64,000 nucleotides of DNA from Gammaproteobacteria bacterium. GTDB taxonomy: Bacteria; Pseudomonadota; Gammaproteobacteria; HK1. The stretch lies in contig JAJDUQ010000050.1 in the NCBI GenBank assembly GCA_022826505.1, positions 12,801 to 76,800 on the forward strand, given 5' to 3'. Of the stretch, positions 38,584 through 49,552 are shown one piece after another. The position numbers and the translations under genes were made by a program. How positions within the stretch are numbered: the stretch's first letter is position 1; each line of letters opens with the position of its first letter. The notes under the pieces were generated by a model. The model was given only the letters and a program-made list of their open reading frames with translations, did not search any database and was not told the DNA's origin.

Positions 38584-39714
38584 TCACTTTCTCGACCCGG
38601 CGGGGGCCTGGGCGAACGGCACCGCATCGACGCGGAGGTCCGCGCCGACACGTGTCACGCGAGTGATTTCGAGCCCGATCCGATCACGCATTTCCGCCAC
38701 CATCGGCAGCGTGAACATTCCCCGTGCCGCGTCTCCGAGCAGCACCGGCGCCAGATACACCACCAGTTCGTCGACGAGACCCGATTCGAGCAGAGCACCG
38801 GCGAGCGTCGGACCGCATTCGGTGTGGACCTCGTTGACGCCGTGTTCGGCGAGTGCGGTCATGAGGGCGTCGAGCGCGATGCGGCCTCCGGCATCGGGCA
38901 GCGGGACGATTTCCGCGCCGGCGTCGATGAGTGCCGGTGCCGGCGGTGCGCTGCGCGTCGTGACGATGACGACGCGGCCGGGCGCCGCGAACACCCGCGC
39001 CCCGGGCGGGGTGCGCAGGCGCGAGTCGACGATGACGCGCATCGGGGGGGCGAGACAGTCCGGCTCCTCCACGCGCGCGTCGAGTCGGGGGTCGTCCGCG
39101 AGCAGGGTCCCGATGCCGGTGAGCACCGCGCTCGACTGTGCCCGCAGTCGGTGCACGTCGGTGCGTGACCCTTCGCCGGTGATCCACCGGCTCTCGCCCG
39201 TCGCGGTGGCGGTGCGTCCGTCCAGGGTGGCGGCGAGCTTGCAACGGACCCACGGGCGGCCCCGTTCGAATCGCGACACGAATCCGCGATTGAGCCACGC
39301 CGCCTCCGTCTCGAGCAGCCCGAACTCCACCGTGATTCCCGCCTCGACGAGCTCGCCGAAGCCCCCGCCCGCGACTTGCGGGTTGGGGTCGCGCATCGCC
39401 GCCACCACCCTCGCGATTCCGGCTTCGGCGAGAGCGTGCGTACACGGTCCGGTGCGTCCGACGTGCCGACACGGCTCCAGGGTCACGTAGGCGGTGGCTC
39501 CCGCCGCGTCGCCGCCGGCCGCGGCGAGCGCGTGGATCTCGGCGTGGGGTTCTCCCGCGTACCGGTGCCAGCCTTCGCCGACGATCCGTTCGCCTCGCGC
39601 AATCACGCAGCCGACCCTCGGATTCGGATCGGAGGAGTAGAGACCGCGCCGGGCCAGCTCGAGTGCGCGCATCATGTGACGGCGGTCCAGCGCGTGATCG
39701 TTCGGAGCGTTCAT
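38584..39714 (-). CDS. ribD: Bifunctional diaminohydroxyphosphoribosylaminopyrimidine deaminase/reductase
   Basis: PNP.VGCV, HAE, TLEPC.H.GRT.PC, DPNP.VAG.G, KLA.TLDG.TA...GES.WIT, DDP.L..R. Confidence 0.96.
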   Translation of the reverse strand: MNAPNDHALDRRHMMRALELARRGLYSSDPNPRVGCVIARGERIVGEGWHRYAGEPHAEIHALAAAGGDAAGATAYVTLEPCRHVGRTGPCTHALAEAGIARVVAAMRDPNPQVAGGGFGELVEAGITVEFGLLETEAAWLNRGFVSRFERGRPWVRCKLAATLDGRTATATGESRWITGEGSRTDVHRLRAQSSAVLTGIGTLLADDPRLDARVEEPDCLAPPMRVIVDSRLRTPPGARVFAAPGRVVIVTTRSAPPAPALIDAGAEIVPLPDAGGRIALDALMTALAEHGVNEVHTECGPTLAGALLESGLVDELVVYLAPVLLGDAARGMFTLPMVAEMRDRIGLEITRVTRVGADLRVDAVPFAQAPAGSRK

Positions 39715-39947
39715 TGCCGGTACGCACGGGATCGGGGACGGAGATCGCCGTACCCGGCTGCCGCACCGAAGGCAACCGCCGGTGGACGATTCGTCATCGG
39801 GGCGCGTGGAGTCCGGCGACCCCGAGTCCGCAGTGGCGGTCCGGGCGCGGGAGAACACCGAGGCCCTTGGCCCGGCCGCCGGAATCGGTGCCGCGGCGCG
39901 GGAGCGTCGAGGTGCCGGGCGAATCGGCCCTGCCGGCGCAAGCTCGA

Positions 39948-40448
39948 TCAGTCATCGGGAATCAGCGGGATCTGGCTGCGCCGCGCCTCCGGAGGCGGCT
40001 CGCTCTCCAGGCGTTCCACCTCGTCGCGGAACTCGCTCACATCCTCGAAATTGCGGTAGACGGAAGCGAATCGGACATAGGCGACCTGGTCGAGATGACG
40101 CAGCTCTTCCATCACCGCTTCACCGACGGCGCGCGAGGCGATCTCGCGCTCACCGGTCTGGATCAGCCGCCGCTTGATCCGCCCGACCGCGGTCTCGATC
40201 GCATCGCTCGGCACCGGACGTTTCTCGCTCGCACGCAGCATGCCCAGGCGGAGCTTGCGCTCGTCGAAGGGTTCCCGGATTCCGTCGTTCTTCACGATGC
40301 GCGGAATCGTGACCTCCGCCGTCTCGTATGTCGTGAATCGCTCCCTGCAGCTCGTGCACTCCCGGCGACGCCGCACCTGGGCGCCGTCGAGCGCCAGCCG
40401 CGAGTCGACGACCCGGGTATCTTGCTCGTCGCAGAACGGGCACTGCAT
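39948..40448 (-). CDS. nrdR: Transcriptional repressor NrdR
   Basis: M.CPFC...DT.V.DSR, VRRRREC..C.ERFTT.E, ATP cone, [14 protein letters not shown]. Confidence 0.97.
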   Translation of the reverse strand: MQCPFCDEQDTRVVDSRLALDGAQVRRRRECTSCRERFTTYETAEVTIPRIVKNDGIREPFDERKLRLGMLRASEKRPVPSDAIETAVGRIKRRLIQTGEREIASRAVGEAVMEELRHLDQVAYVRFASVYRNFEDVSEFRDEVERLESEPPPEARRSQIPLIPDD

Positions 40449-40728
40449 GCGGCAATCGTCGCACGATGGCAGGGCGATCCCAAGGTCCCGCTCCATGCGG
40501 CCGGCGGTGACGTCGTCGCGTCGGCTCCCGGATTCGATGGGGCGGGGCACCGCGGCTTCGGCGAGACATCGGCCTGCATGACTCGGGCACCTCGCGCTGC
40601 GTGGACGACGGGTCGGGTGCCGGGCAACGCCATGCCGTCGCCGCCCGGACGGCGTTCCGGGGTCGAGAACCCGACGGACGTTGCGTGTAGAGTCCGCCGT
40701 GCGCCGAGTCGAGGACACCGAGTACGCA

Positions 40729-41529
40729 ATGAGCATTCGAGACCGCCGTATCGTCGTCGTCAACGACGACGGAATCGACGCCCACGGACTGTCGATACTG
40801 GAACGCGCCGCGCGGCGCTGCTGCGACGACGTATGGGTGGTCGCGCCGGCCGAGAACCAGAGCGGGCGCGGCCGCGCACTGAGCTGGAGGCAGAACGTGC
40901 AGGTCGAGCCACGCGGCGACCGACGCTTCGCAGTCCACGGTACGCCCGCCGACTGCGTGCTCGTCGCACTCAACGGGCTCCTCGGAACGGGCGGCGTCGA
41001 CCTCGTCGTGAGCGGTGTCAACGCAGGCTCGAACCTCGCGAACGACATCGGCAGCTCCGGCACGGTGGGGGCCTGTTTCGAGGCGGCCGAACGCGGCGTG
41101 CCCGCCATCGCCTTCAGCCAGCGGCAGGCCGGGCGCCGCGACTCGAGTCGCTGGGCTTGCGCGGAACGCCTGACCGCGCACCTGCTGCCCAGTCTGTTCG
41201 ACGCCCTTGGCTCGCCGCACCGGGTGCTGAACGTGAACTTTCCCGCTCGGGCGGGTGGGGAGGAGGTGGCGGGGCTCGCGGTGACGCGCAGCGGGCTGCG
41301 CCGCGGGCCGACCTCGATCGAAGAGAAGCCCTCGACTCGCGGGCGCCGAGTCTTCCACATCTACACGATTCGGGAAGACGAGCCCAGCGAGCCGGACTGC
41401 GACCTCGATCGCGTGCTCCGGGGGTACGTCTCGGTGACCCCGCTCGGCCTGGACCAGACCCACCACCAGGATCTCGCAGGCATGCGGGCACGCCTGACCG
41501 GCGCGTTGCCGCGCGAGGTTGCAGATTGA
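40729..41529 (+). CDS. surE: 5'/3'-nucleotidase SurE
   Basis: [52 protein letters not shown]; not in the usual truD-surE-pcm context. Confidence 0.9.
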   Translation: MSIRDRRIVVVNDDGIDAHGLSILERAARRCCDDVWVVAPAENQSGRGRALSWRQNVQVEPRGDRRFAVHGTPADCVLVALNGLLGTGGVDLVVSGVNAGSNLANDIGSSGTVGACFEAAERGVPAIAFSQRQAGRRDSSRWACAERLTAHLLPSLFDALGSPHRVLNVNFPARAGGEEVAGLAVTRSGLRRGPTSIEEKPSTRGRRVFHIYTIREDEPSEPDCDLDRVLRGYVSVTPLGLDQTHHQDLAGMRARLTGALPREVAD

Positions 41530-41756
41530 GGCCGGGACCGGCCGGCACGTTGGTAAGATGCGGCGTCGTGCGTCGATTCGCTCCGATCATGCCCGCGGCG
41601 CGGCACGGGAGGAATCGGGCCAATCGGGGAAGACCGTGATCCCCGAGCCCATGTCTTCGGCTCGCCACCACTCGATGCGGCGTCCGTACCGGGGGAACGA
41701 GCTCCCGACGGGTGGGTCGGGTCGACGCGCATGAGTGGAATCGACGGGGCGGGGCG

Positions 41757-42404
41757 ATGGCGGAGATCTGGACCAGGTACGACGTGGATTCGGGAGCGGG
41801 CAACCGCTTCAAGCCGTTCGCTCCCGCCTGCGAGAGGAACAAGGGTTCGATTCTCGAGGTGCTGCGCCGCGTGTTCGCCGACGCGGCGGACGTGCTCGAG
41901 ATCGGCAGCGGCACCGGCCAGCATGCGGTGTGCTTCGCCGAGGGGCTGCCCCATCTGGTATGGAGGACGAGCGATCTGCCCGAGTGCCATGCCGGCATCA
42001 ACGCCTGGATCGACGATGCGGGTCTCGACAACGTCGAACGCCCGCTCGTCCTCGACGTGACGCGCAGGCCGTGGCCGATCGCGAGCGCGGACGGCGCGTT
42101 CAGCTCGAACTGCGCGCACTACATGCACTGGCCCGAGGTAGAGGCGATGTTCGGCGGCCTCGCGCAGGTGCTCGTTCCGGGGGCGCGGTTCGCTCTCTAC
42201 GGTCCCTTCGCCCGTGACGGCCGCCATACGAGCGCGAGCAATGCGTCGTTCGACCGCTTGCTCCGTGCGCACGATCCGGGCTTCGGAGTGCGCGACGTGC
42301 GGGACCTGGAACGCATCGCGGCCGACGGTGCGATGACGTTGGAGGAGGACGTCGCGATGCCATCGAACAACCGCATCCTCGTGTGGCGCAGGACCCCGGG
42401 CTGA
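41757..42404 (+). CDS. DUF938 family SAM-dependent methyltransferase
   Basis: [31 protein letters not shown]...G..TS.SN..FD..LR, MP.NN. Confidence 0.9.
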   Translation: MAEIWTRYDVDSGAGNRFKPFAPACERNKGSILEVLRRVFADAADVLEIGSGTGQHAVCFAEGLPHLVWRTSDLPECHAGINAWIDDAGLDNVERPLVLDVTRRPWPIASADGAFSSNCAHYMHWPEVEAMFGGLAQVLVPGARFALYGPFARDGRHTSASNASFDRLLRAHDPGFGVRDVRDLERIAADGAMTLEEDVAMPSNNRILVWRRTPG

Positions 42405-42429
42405 CGCTCGCGAGACGCAGCAGATACCG

Positions 42430-43734
42430 ATGACCAAGACCGACATCGCGACCCGGGTCTACAACCACGCGTTCAAGCTCGATCCGATCATCCGCAGCCT
42501 GCTCGACACCGACGTCTACAAGCTCCTCATGCTGCAGACGGTCTGGAAGGAGTCCGCGGACATCCCGGTGACGTTCTCGCTGATCAACCGCTCGTCGAAC
42601 GTGTCGCTCCCGCAATCGATCGACGAAGTGGAGCTTCGCGAGCAGCTCGATCATGCACGCACCGTGCGGCTCACGAAGAAGGAACGCATCTGGCTCGCCG
42701 GCAACACCTTCTACGGGAAGGAGCGCCTGTTCTCTCCCGAGTTCCTGGCCTGGCTCGGCGAGTACCGACTGCCGGCGTACGATCTTCGCGTGGAGGGCGG
42801 GCAGTTCCGAATCGATTTCAGCGGTCGCTGGGCCGACGTCACGCTGTGGGAAATTCCCGTCCTCTCCATCATCAGCGAGTTGCGCTCGCGCGCCGCGATC
42901 AACGGTATCGGGCGCTTCGAGCTCGACGTCCTGTACGCCCGCGCGAAGGCGAAGCTGTGGGAGAAGGTGGTGCGGCTGAACGCGCTGCCCGACCTTCGCA
43001 TCGCCGATTTCGGCACCCGCAGGAGGCACAGCTTCCTGTGGCACCGCTGGTGCGTCGAGGCGATGAAGGAGGGCCTGCGCGAGAAGTTCACCGGCACCAG
43101 CAACGTGCTCCACGCGATGGAGCTCGACATCGAGGCGATTGGCACGAACGGACACGAGCTGCCGATGGTGCGGGCCACCATGGCCGAGGACGATCGGGCG
43201 TTGCGGCAGGTCCAGTACGGTGTGCTGGAGAGCTGGCAGCGCGCGTACGACGGCAACCTGCTCATCGTGCTGCCGGACACGTTCGGAACCACGGCGTTCC
43301 TGCGTGATGCGCCGGAATGGGTCGCGAGCTGGAGCGGATTCCGCGTCGACTCGAAGGATCCCGTCGACGGCGGCGAGGAGATCATTGCCTGGTGGGAGGC
43401 GAGAGACGAAGACCCGCGCGAGAAGCTGCTCATCTTCTCCGACGGACTGGACATCGACGGCATCGAACGAGCCTACCGCCACTTCGACGGCCGCGTGCGC
43501 CTGGGCTTCGGGTGGGGCACCCTTCTGACCAACGACTTGCGCGACTGCTCGCCGGCCGCGAATCCGGGGCTCGACCCCATCTCGCTCGTTTGCAAGGTGA
43601 GCCGCGCCAACGGCCGGCCGACCGTGAAGCTGTCCGACAACCTGGAAAAGGCATCCGGTCCGCCCGGACTCATCGAGCACTACAAGCACGTCTTCGGGAC
43701 CGGAGAGCTCGAGCGCAAGGCACTCGCCGTCTAG
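42430..43734 (+). CDS. pncB: Nicotinate phosphoribosyltransferase
   Basis: [68 protein letters not shown]. Confidence 0.95.
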   Translation: MTKTDIATRVYNHAFKLDPIIRSLLDTDVYKLLMLQTVWKESADIPVTFSLINRSSNVSLPQSIDEVELREQLDHARTVRLTKKERIWLAGNTFYGKERLFSPEFLAWLGEYRLPAYDLRVEGGQFRIDFSGRWADVTLWEIPVLSIISELRSRAAINGIGRFELDVLYARAKAKLWEKVVRLNALPDLRIADFGTRRRHSFLWHRWCVEAMKEGLREKFTGTSNVLHAMELDIEAIGTNGHELPMVRATMAEDDRALRQVQYGVLESWQRAYDGNLLIVLPDTFGTTAFLRDAPEWVASWSGFRVDSKDPVDGGEEIIAWWEARDEDPREKLLIFSDGLDIDGIERAYRHFDGRVRLGFGWGTLLTNDLRDCSPAANPGLDPISLVCKVSRANGRPTVKLSDNLEKASGPPGLIEHYKHVFGTGELERKALAV

Positions 43735-43841
43735 GTCCATGCGGGCACCGCATTCATCGAGGACTCGCTGGACGTGAAGCGTCATCGGCCCGCCCGTCGA
43801 CGCTCCGGCGTGGTCTCCACACGGCCGCGGCGGCGTTCGCG

Positions 43842-44552
43842 ATGAAGGCCGATCCCCTCGGCGTCGACATCGACGTCGGTATCGACATCGGGACCGGAAA
43901 GCCCGTCTACTACGTCTACCTGGCGGGACCGGAGGTTTTCCTGCCCGAGCCGATTGCCGCGGGCGTCGCGAAGAAGGCACGGGTTGCCGGACTGAGCCGG
44001 GCCGCCGGCTGGCCGTTCGAGCTGGCCGGCCTCTATCCCCTGGACAACGAGATCCCCGATTTCAGGCCGGACTTCGCGACCGGGATGCGGATCTACCACG
44101 CCAACATCGAGCTCATGGACCGTGCGTACGCGGTGACCGCGAACATGGTGCGGTTCCGGGGGCCGAGCATGGATGTGGGCACGGCGTTCGAGATGGGTTA
44201 CATGCGGGGCCTCGGCAAGCCGGTGTTCGCATACTACGATGCCGCGCCCTTCTACGGCCGGGAAGAGGCCCCCGGGCTGTATGTCGACCGCGTCAGGGAG
44301 CATGGGTTGCAATCGGTCGGCGATACCGGCGTGGACGCCGACGGACACGCCGTCGACGACTTCGAGATGGCGGACAACCTGATGATGATCGGCGCGCTGG
44401 AGTCCGGCGCGGGTGCGATCGCCGCTGACTTCGATCGGGCCGTCATGCAGGTGGCGGAATCCCTGCTGAGGGCCGGGGTCGCGCAGGAGCGACCGCTGGA
44501 GGCGGTGATCGGTTCCGGGGCCGTCTCACCCCGGTCACGCCGCAGGCCATGA
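43842..44552 (+). CDS. Nucleoside 2-deoxyribosyltransferase family / nucleotide N-glycosidase
   Basis: [18 protein letters not shown]...D.GTAFEMGY...LGKPV..Y, DNLM. Confidence 0.85.
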   Translation: MKADPLGVDIDVGIDIGTGKPVYYVYLAGPEVFLPEPIAAGVAKKARVAGLSRAAGWPFELAGLYPLDNEIPDFRPDFATGMRIYHANIELMDRAYAVTANMVRFRGPSMDVGTAFEMGYMRGLGKPVFAYYDAAPFYGREEAPGLYVDRVREHGLQSVGDTGVDADGHAVDDFEMADNLMMIGALESGAGAIAADFDRAVMQVAESLLRAGVAQERPLEAVIGSGAVSPRSRRRP

Positions 44553-44703
44553 TCTGCCGCGGGTCGCGGTTTGCCGAATCGCGGATCTCCGCCTTCACGC
44601 CGCGGTGTGGAGTGTCCGTGCGATTCGGTCGCGGACTTCCGTGAACCGGCGCGCAGCGCGGGTTAGACTCCGCCCGGTGACGGCAGCTTCCCGGAATCTG
44701 GCA

Positions 44704-45945
44704 GTGGTTCAACTCTCCTCCCGCCGCGCGAGCGTCGGCGTGCGCATCGGCCCCGTCCAGGTCGGAGGCGGCGCGCCCATCGTCGTGCAGTCCATGACCG
44801 ACACCGACACCGCGGACGTCGCAGCCACCGCCGCACAGGTGGAGGCGCTGGCACGGTCAGGCTCCGAGCTCGTGCGCATCACCGTCAACACGCCGGAGGC
44901 GGCGCGCGCGGTGCCCGCGATCCGCGAGCGGCTCGACGCCAACGGCTGCCGGGTACCCCTCATCGGCGACTTCCACTACAACGGCCATCGGCTGCTCAGC
45001 GATGTGCGCGAATGCGCCGAGGCGCTTGCGAAATACCGCATCAACCCCGGCAACGTCGGTTTCGGCGCGAAGCGTGACTCGCGGTTCGCGACGATGATCG
45101 AGAAGGCGATGGAGCACGACCGCCCTGTGCGCATCGGCGTGAACTGGGGGAGTCTCGACCAGGCGCTGCTCGCGCGGCTGATGGACGAGAACGCAGCGAG
45201 CGCCGCGCCGCGCGATTCGGCCGCGGTGATGCGCGAAGCACTGGTGCGCTCCGCTCTCGACAGTGCGCTGGAGGCCGAGGCGATGGGCCTTGCGCGCGAT
45301 CGCATCCTGCTCTCGTGCAAGGTGAGCGCGGTGCAGGACCTGGTCGCGGTGTACTCCGACCTCGCGTCGCGCAGCGACCATGCCCTGCACCTCGGGCTGA
45401 CCGAGGCGGGGATGGGCTCGAAGGGCATCGTCGCGTCCACCGCGGGCATGGGGATCCTGCTCCAGCAGGGGATCGGCGACACCATCCGGGTCTCCCTGAC
45501 GCCGGAGCCGGGCGGCGCCCGGACTCGGGAGGTCGTCGTCGCCCAGGAGATTCTCCAGACCATGGGGCTGCGCTCGTTCACGCCGCTGGTCACGGCGTGT
45601 CCCGGGTGCGGGCGCACCACCAGCTCGTTCTTCCGCGAGCTTGCCAACGGCATCCAGAGCCACCTGCGGGAAAACATGCCGCGCTGGCGCGAGCGCTACG
45701 TCGGGGTGGAGGAGATGTCGGTGGCGGTGATGGGGTGCGTGGTCAACGGCCCCGGCGAGAGCCGGCACGCCAACGTCGGCATCAGCCTGCCCGGCACCGG
45801 CGAGGCCCCGGCCGCCCCGGTGTTCGTCGACGGCCGCAAGGCGGTGACCCTGCGCGGGGACAACATCGCGGAGGAGTTCCGAGGCATCGTCGACGAGTAC
45901 GTCGAGACCACGTACGCGCGGCGGGACCCGGCCGGCGGGGACTGA
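44704..45945 (+). CDS. ispG: 4-hydroxy-3-methylbut-2-en-1-yl diphosphate synthase (start uncertain)
   Basis: [75 protein letters not shown]. Confidence 0.96.
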   Translation: MVQLSSRRASVGVRIGPVQVGGGAPIVVQSMTDTDTADVAATAAQVEALARSGSELVRITVNTPEAARAVPAIRERLDANGCRVPLIGDFHYNGHRLLSDVRECAEALAKYRINPGNVGFGAKRDSRFATMIEKAMEHDRPVRIGVNWGSLDQALLARLMDENAASAAPRDSAAVMREALVRSALDSALEAEAMGLARDRILLSCKVSAVQDLVAVYSDLASRSDHALHLGLTEAGMGSKGIVASTAGMGILLQQGIGDTIRVSLTPEPGGARTREVVVAQEILQTMGLRSFTPLVTACPGCGRTTSSFFRELANGIQSHLRENMPRWRERYVGVEEMSVAVMGCVVNGPGESRHANVGISLPGTGEAPAAPVFVDGRKAVTLRGDNIAEEFRGIVDEYVETTYARRDPAGGD

Positions 45946-45997
45946 GGCGGGAATCGGGTATCCGCCGGACTCGATCGGGGACCGGCGCGGGGAGGGC

Positions 45998-46372
45998 TCA
46001 ACCAAGCAGACCGGGAACGGTGTCGATGATCCCCAAGGCCAGCAGCACGGCAAGAATCGCGAAAATGAACCTGATCTGCGTGCTCAATGCATCGACCTTG
46101 GCATTCAGTGCATCAATCCGGGCCGTCAGCCTCGCGTCCAGGGCCGTGAAGTCGGAACGCAGGGCTGTGAAGTCGGAACGCAGGTCCGTGAAGTCGGAAC
46201 GAACCGTTCCAATCTCCGTCGCCAGGTCGGATCTTGTGACGAGGCGTCCGATCAGCTCGCTCATCTCCTCGCTCAGCACTCGGGCCATGCCTTCGGCCTG
46301 ACGCCTTTCGAAGCCGAAGCGTTTCAGTCGATCTGCAATTCGCAAGGTGTCGAGCACGACTCGGAGCGCCAT
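45998..46372 (-). CDS. CCDC90/DUF1640-like head-stalk-anchor coiled-coil membrane protein
   Basis: DTL.....LK..GF...QAE head, LVT..DL neck, heptad stalk with repeats, C-terminal TM. Confidence 0.8.
   Translation of the reverse strand: MALRVVLDTLRIADRLKRFGFERRQAEGMARVLSEEMSELIGRLVTRSDLATEIGTVRSDFTDLRSDFTALRSDFTALDARLTARIDALNAKVDALSTQIRFIFAILAVLLALGIIDTVPGLLG
46139..46201. repeat. Three tandem 21-bp coding repeats (RSDFT(D/A)L heptads)
   Basis: CAGG(G/T)C(C/T)GTGAAGTCGGAACG x3 at 46139, 46160 and 46181. Confidence 0.9.
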
Positions 46373-46586
46373 CGGTTGAACTGCGGCGCAGTGTATCGCA
46401 GCACATGTGCGAGACAATGGCAAAAGGTCCATCCCGTTGAAGGCCGCGAGCCCGGTCGCACGGCGGTGGAGAGCCGCGCGTGCGTAGTCTTCCGGACACG
46501 GGACCATCGTCCGCCGACTCGCGTCGGAGACGTGCCGGTGCGCCTTGTATGATTGCCGACCCTCGCCCGCACCGGACGGAGAGCCG

Positions 46587-47753
46587 ATGCACCTGCCGAA
46601 CTACCGCGACGGCAGCATCGTCAACCTGATGCAGTCGATCCTGGCCGGGCTCGACGCACCCGGCGCGGGCGGCGTGCACGGCTATCTCGCGGACCTCCGG
46701 CCCGAGGAGATCGCGGACGCGCGGCACGTCGTGCTCCTCGTCGTCGACGGGCTCGGGCAGGCGCAGCTCGATTCCGGACCGGCGCCGGCGCTGCGCGGGT
46801 CGCTGCGCGGGACGATGACCTCCGTCTTCCCGTCGACAACGGCGTCGGCGGTGACGACCTTCCTCACCGGACTCGCCCCGGTCGAGCACGCCATGACCGG
46901 GTGGTTCATGTGGCTGCGCGAGCTCGACGCCGTCGTCACGCCGCTTCTGTTCACCACCCGCGTCGGCGACACCGACCTCGCTTCGCTCGGCGTCTCGCCG
47001 GCCGACGTCTTCGTGGGTCCGACCGTCTTCGAGCGGGTGCGGGCGGAGTGTCACGCAGTCCTGCCGGCGGAGATCGTCGACTCGCGGTACTCGCGGGCGC
47101 ACATGCGCAGCGCCGCCCCCAGGGGGGTCGAGGGGCTCGGCGCGCTGGTGGACTCGATAGTCGACATCGTCCGCCACGCCGAGCGGCGCACCTACGTCTC
47201 CGGCTACTGGCCGGCGCTCGACGCGCTCTCCCACGAGTTCGGCGCATCCAGCGTCGAGGCCCGGCGCCACCTGGCGGAGATCGACCTGCACTTCGCGCGG
47301 CTGCGCGCGGGGCTCGCCGACAGCGGCACGCTGCTCGTGGTGACCGCGGACCACGGCTTCGTCGACCTTCGTCCCGAATCCCGCCTGGAGGCGGACTCCG
47401 TCCCCGGTTTCGAGGACATGCTCGCACGGCCGCTGTGCGGCGAGCCCCGGGTCGCCTACTGCTACGTGCGCGACGGCTGCCGCGCGGACTTCGTCGAACG
47501 GGTCGTGGAAGGGCTGGACGGCGCGGCCCGAGTGGTCGAGAGCGGGTCGATGGTCGAGGACGGCTGGTTCGGCCTCGGTGAGCCGCATCCGCGCCTGCGC
47601 GAGCGGATCGGGGACTTCGCGCTGGTGATGCGCGGCGACTACGCGATCAGGGATCGGGTCGCGGGCGAGGAGCCGTTTCGCCTCATCGGCGTGCACGGAG
47701 GAGTGAGCCGGGAGGAAATGCGGGTGCCGCTGGTGGTCGTGCCCGCCTCCTGA
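46587..47753 (+). CDS. Alkaline phosphatase superfamily, type I phosphodiesterase/nucleotide pyrophosphatase
   Basis: LLVVDGLG, TSVFPSTTA.A.T...TG..P..H, LD...H..G, VTADHG, G.HGG....EM.VP. Confidence 0.88.
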   Translation: MHLPNYRDGSIVNLMQSILAGLDAPGAGGVHGYLADLRPEEIADARHVVLLVVDGLGQAQLDSGPAPALRGSLRGTMTSVFPSTTASAVTTFLTGLAPVEHAMTGWFMWLRELDAVVTPLLFTTRVGDTDLASLGVSPADVFVGPTVFERVRAECHAVLPAEIVDSRYSRAHMRSAAPRGVEGLGALVDSIVDIVRHAERRTYVSGYWPALDALSHEFGASSVEARRHLAEIDLHFARLRAGLADSGTLLVVTADHGFVDLRPESRLEADSVPGFEDMLARPLCGEPRVAYCYVRDGCRADFVERVVEGLDGAARVVESGSMVEDGWFGLGEPHPRLRERIGDFALVMRGDYAIRDRVAGEEPFRLIGVHGGVSREEMRVPLVVVPAS

Positions 47754-47954
47754 TTCGTCGGGCCGCCGGTGGCACGGAGCGCATGCCGTGGGCGCAACCC
47801 GCGGGAATCCTCGAGCTCGCGGTGATTCGATTCAGGCACCGGGTCGCCGCCACCGTTCCGGCCGCCGTGATTGTTCGGGAATTTGTGAGAAAATCCCCTT
47901 TTGCGCCGGTCAGGACTCGCGTACCGGCGAACCCATCCGAAGCAGGTCGAGCCC

Positions 47955-49091
47955 ATGAAGCTGGCGGCACCGAGGGAGTCTCATCCGCAGGAGACCCGGG
48001 TCGCGCTCTCGCCGGAGACCGCGAAGAAGTTCCGTGCCCTCAACCTCGACGTTGTGGTCGAGCGCGGCGCGGGTGCGAGCGCGGGGTTTGCGGACACCGA
48101 GTACGAAGCGGCGGGCGCGGAGCTTGCCGATGGCGGGGCGGCGGCTCTCGCGGGCGCGAGCCTGGTGCTCAAGGTCCGCCCGCCGAGCGCGGAAGAACTC
48201 GCGGCGATGGAGCCGGGGGCGTCGCTGGTGGGGATGCTCGCTCCCTACGGCGACCGCGAAGCGGTGGACGCCTACGCCGCGGCCCGCGTCGACGCGTTCG
48301 CGATGGAGCTGGTGCCGCGCATCAGCCGCGCGCAGTCGATGGACGTGCTCTCCTCGCAGGCGAACCTCGCGGGCTACAAGGCGGTGGTCGACGCCTCGGC
48401 GGATTTCGCGCGGGCGATGCCGATGATGATGACCGCAGCCGGCACCGTGCCCCCGGCGCGGGTGTTCGTGCTCGGGGCCGGGGTGGCGGGGCTGCAGGCG
48501 ATCGCGACCGCGCGCCGGCTCGGGGCCATCGTGAGCGCCACCGACGTGCGGCCCGCGGTGAAGGAGCAGGTGGAGAGCCTGGGAGCGTCGTTCGTGATGG
48601 TGGAGAGCGAGGAGACCGAGGCCGCGGAGACCGCGGGCGGTTACGCGAAGGAGATGAGCGAGGACTACCGGCGCCGGCAGGCGGCGCTGGTGGCCGAGCA
48701 TCTCGCCAGGCAGGACATCGTGATCACCACCGCCCTGATTCCGGGGAGGCCCGCGCCGGTGCTCATCACCGTGGAGATGGTGCAGAGCATGAAGCCCGGC
48801 AGCATCATCGTGGACCTCGCGGTGGAGCAGGGCGGCAACTGTCCGCTCTCTCGCCCGGGCGAGACCGTCGACCACGAGGGCGTTCGCATCATCGGCCACG
48901 TCAACGTGCCGGGCCGCCTGCCGGTGGATGCGTCGGCGCTCTACGCGCGCAATCTCTACAATTTCGTGTCGTCGTTCGTCGACGGCGAGAGCGGCGCCAT
49001 CCGGTTCGACTGGGACGACGAGCTGGTGACCGGCACCGCCCTGACCCGGGACGGGCAGGTCGTGCATCCCTCGTTCCGGACCGGCGGCTGA
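47955..49091 (+). CDS. pntAA: NAD(P) transhydrogenase subunit alpha, part 1 (dI)
   Basis: ETRVA.SP, PRISRAQSMDVLSSQANLAGYKAV, TAAGT, GAGVAGLQAIATA.RLGA, GGYAKE, TALIPG, DLA.E.GGNC. Confidence 0.95.
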   Translation: MKLAAPRESHPQETRVALSPETAKKFRALNLDVVVERGAGASAGFADTEYEAAGAELADGGAAALAGASLVLKVRPPSAEELAAMEPGASLVGMLAPYGDREAVDAYAAARVDAFAMELVPRISRAQSMDVLSSQANLAGYKAVVDASADFARAMPMMMTAAGTVPPARVFVLGAGVAGLQAIATARRLGAIVSATDVRPAVKEQVESLGASFVMVESEETEAAETAGGYAKEMSEDYRRRQAALVAEHLARQDIVITTALIPGRPAPVLITVEMVQSMKPGSIIVDLAVEQGGNCPLSRPGETVDHEGVRIIGHVNVPGRLPVDASALYARNLYNFVSSFVDGESGAIRFDWDDELVTGTALTRDGQVVHPSFRTGG

Positions 49092-49200
49092 GAGAGGCCG
49101 CGCCGCTGCCCGCTTGACGCATGGGACACCGCGCCGGAGCTTCGCGGTCGATGACCGAGACCCCCGCATCGGCGCACCGAGCTGACTGAAGCGTTCCAAC

Positions 49201-49228
49201 CGAGGACCCACCCGCGAGGACCCACCCG
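49201..49228 (+). repeat. Perfect 14-bp tandem duplication covering the pntAB ribosome-binding site
   Basis: CGAGGACCCACCCG x2 immediately before ATG 49229. Confidence 0.85.
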
Positions 49229-49546
49229 ATGGCCGAAGCCGCCCAGATCGACCCCTTCGTCTTCCGCATTTCCATCTTCGTGCTCGCGATCTTCGTGGGC
49301 TACTACGTGGTGTGGAGCGTGACGCCGGCGCTGCACACTCCGCTGATGTCGGTAACCAACGCCATCTCATCGGTGATCGTGGTGGGGGCGCTGCTCGCGG
49401 TGGCGGTCGAGACGGGGGAGGGCGCCGGGCTCTCGAAGATGCTCGGCTTCGCCGCGGTGACGCTTGCGTCGGTGAACATCTTCGGAGGGTTCCTGGTCAC
49501 CCAGCGCATGCTCTCCATGTACAAGAAGAAGCAGAAGGAGGGGTAG
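49229..49546 (+). CDS. pntAB: NAD(P) transhydrogenase subunit alpha, part 2
   Basis: [41 protein letters not shown]. Confidence 0.96.
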   Translation: MAEAAQIDPFVFRISIFVLAIFVGYYVVWSVTPALHTPLMSVTNAISSVIVVGALLAVAVETGEGAGLSKMLGFAAVTLASVNIFGGFLVTQRMLSMYKKKQKEG

Positions 49547-49552
49547 GGAGCC

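Noticed and set aside
39715-39947. Possible FMN riboswitch upstream of ribD (also checked before ribB and ribH)
   Set aside because: I could not find the conserved RFN core (GGGGTGAAA.TCCC.ACCGGCGGT); only GC-rich hairpins.
41557-41684. 11-bp direct repeat GATGCGGCGTC 117 bp apart between surE and DUF938, resembling a second MITE footprint
   Set aside because: No terminal inverted repeats just inside the repeats; could be chance in GC-rich DNA.
46139-46201. Tandem 21-bp repeats as a CRISPR array
   Set aside because: No spacers, in-frame inside a coding coiled coil, no cas genes.
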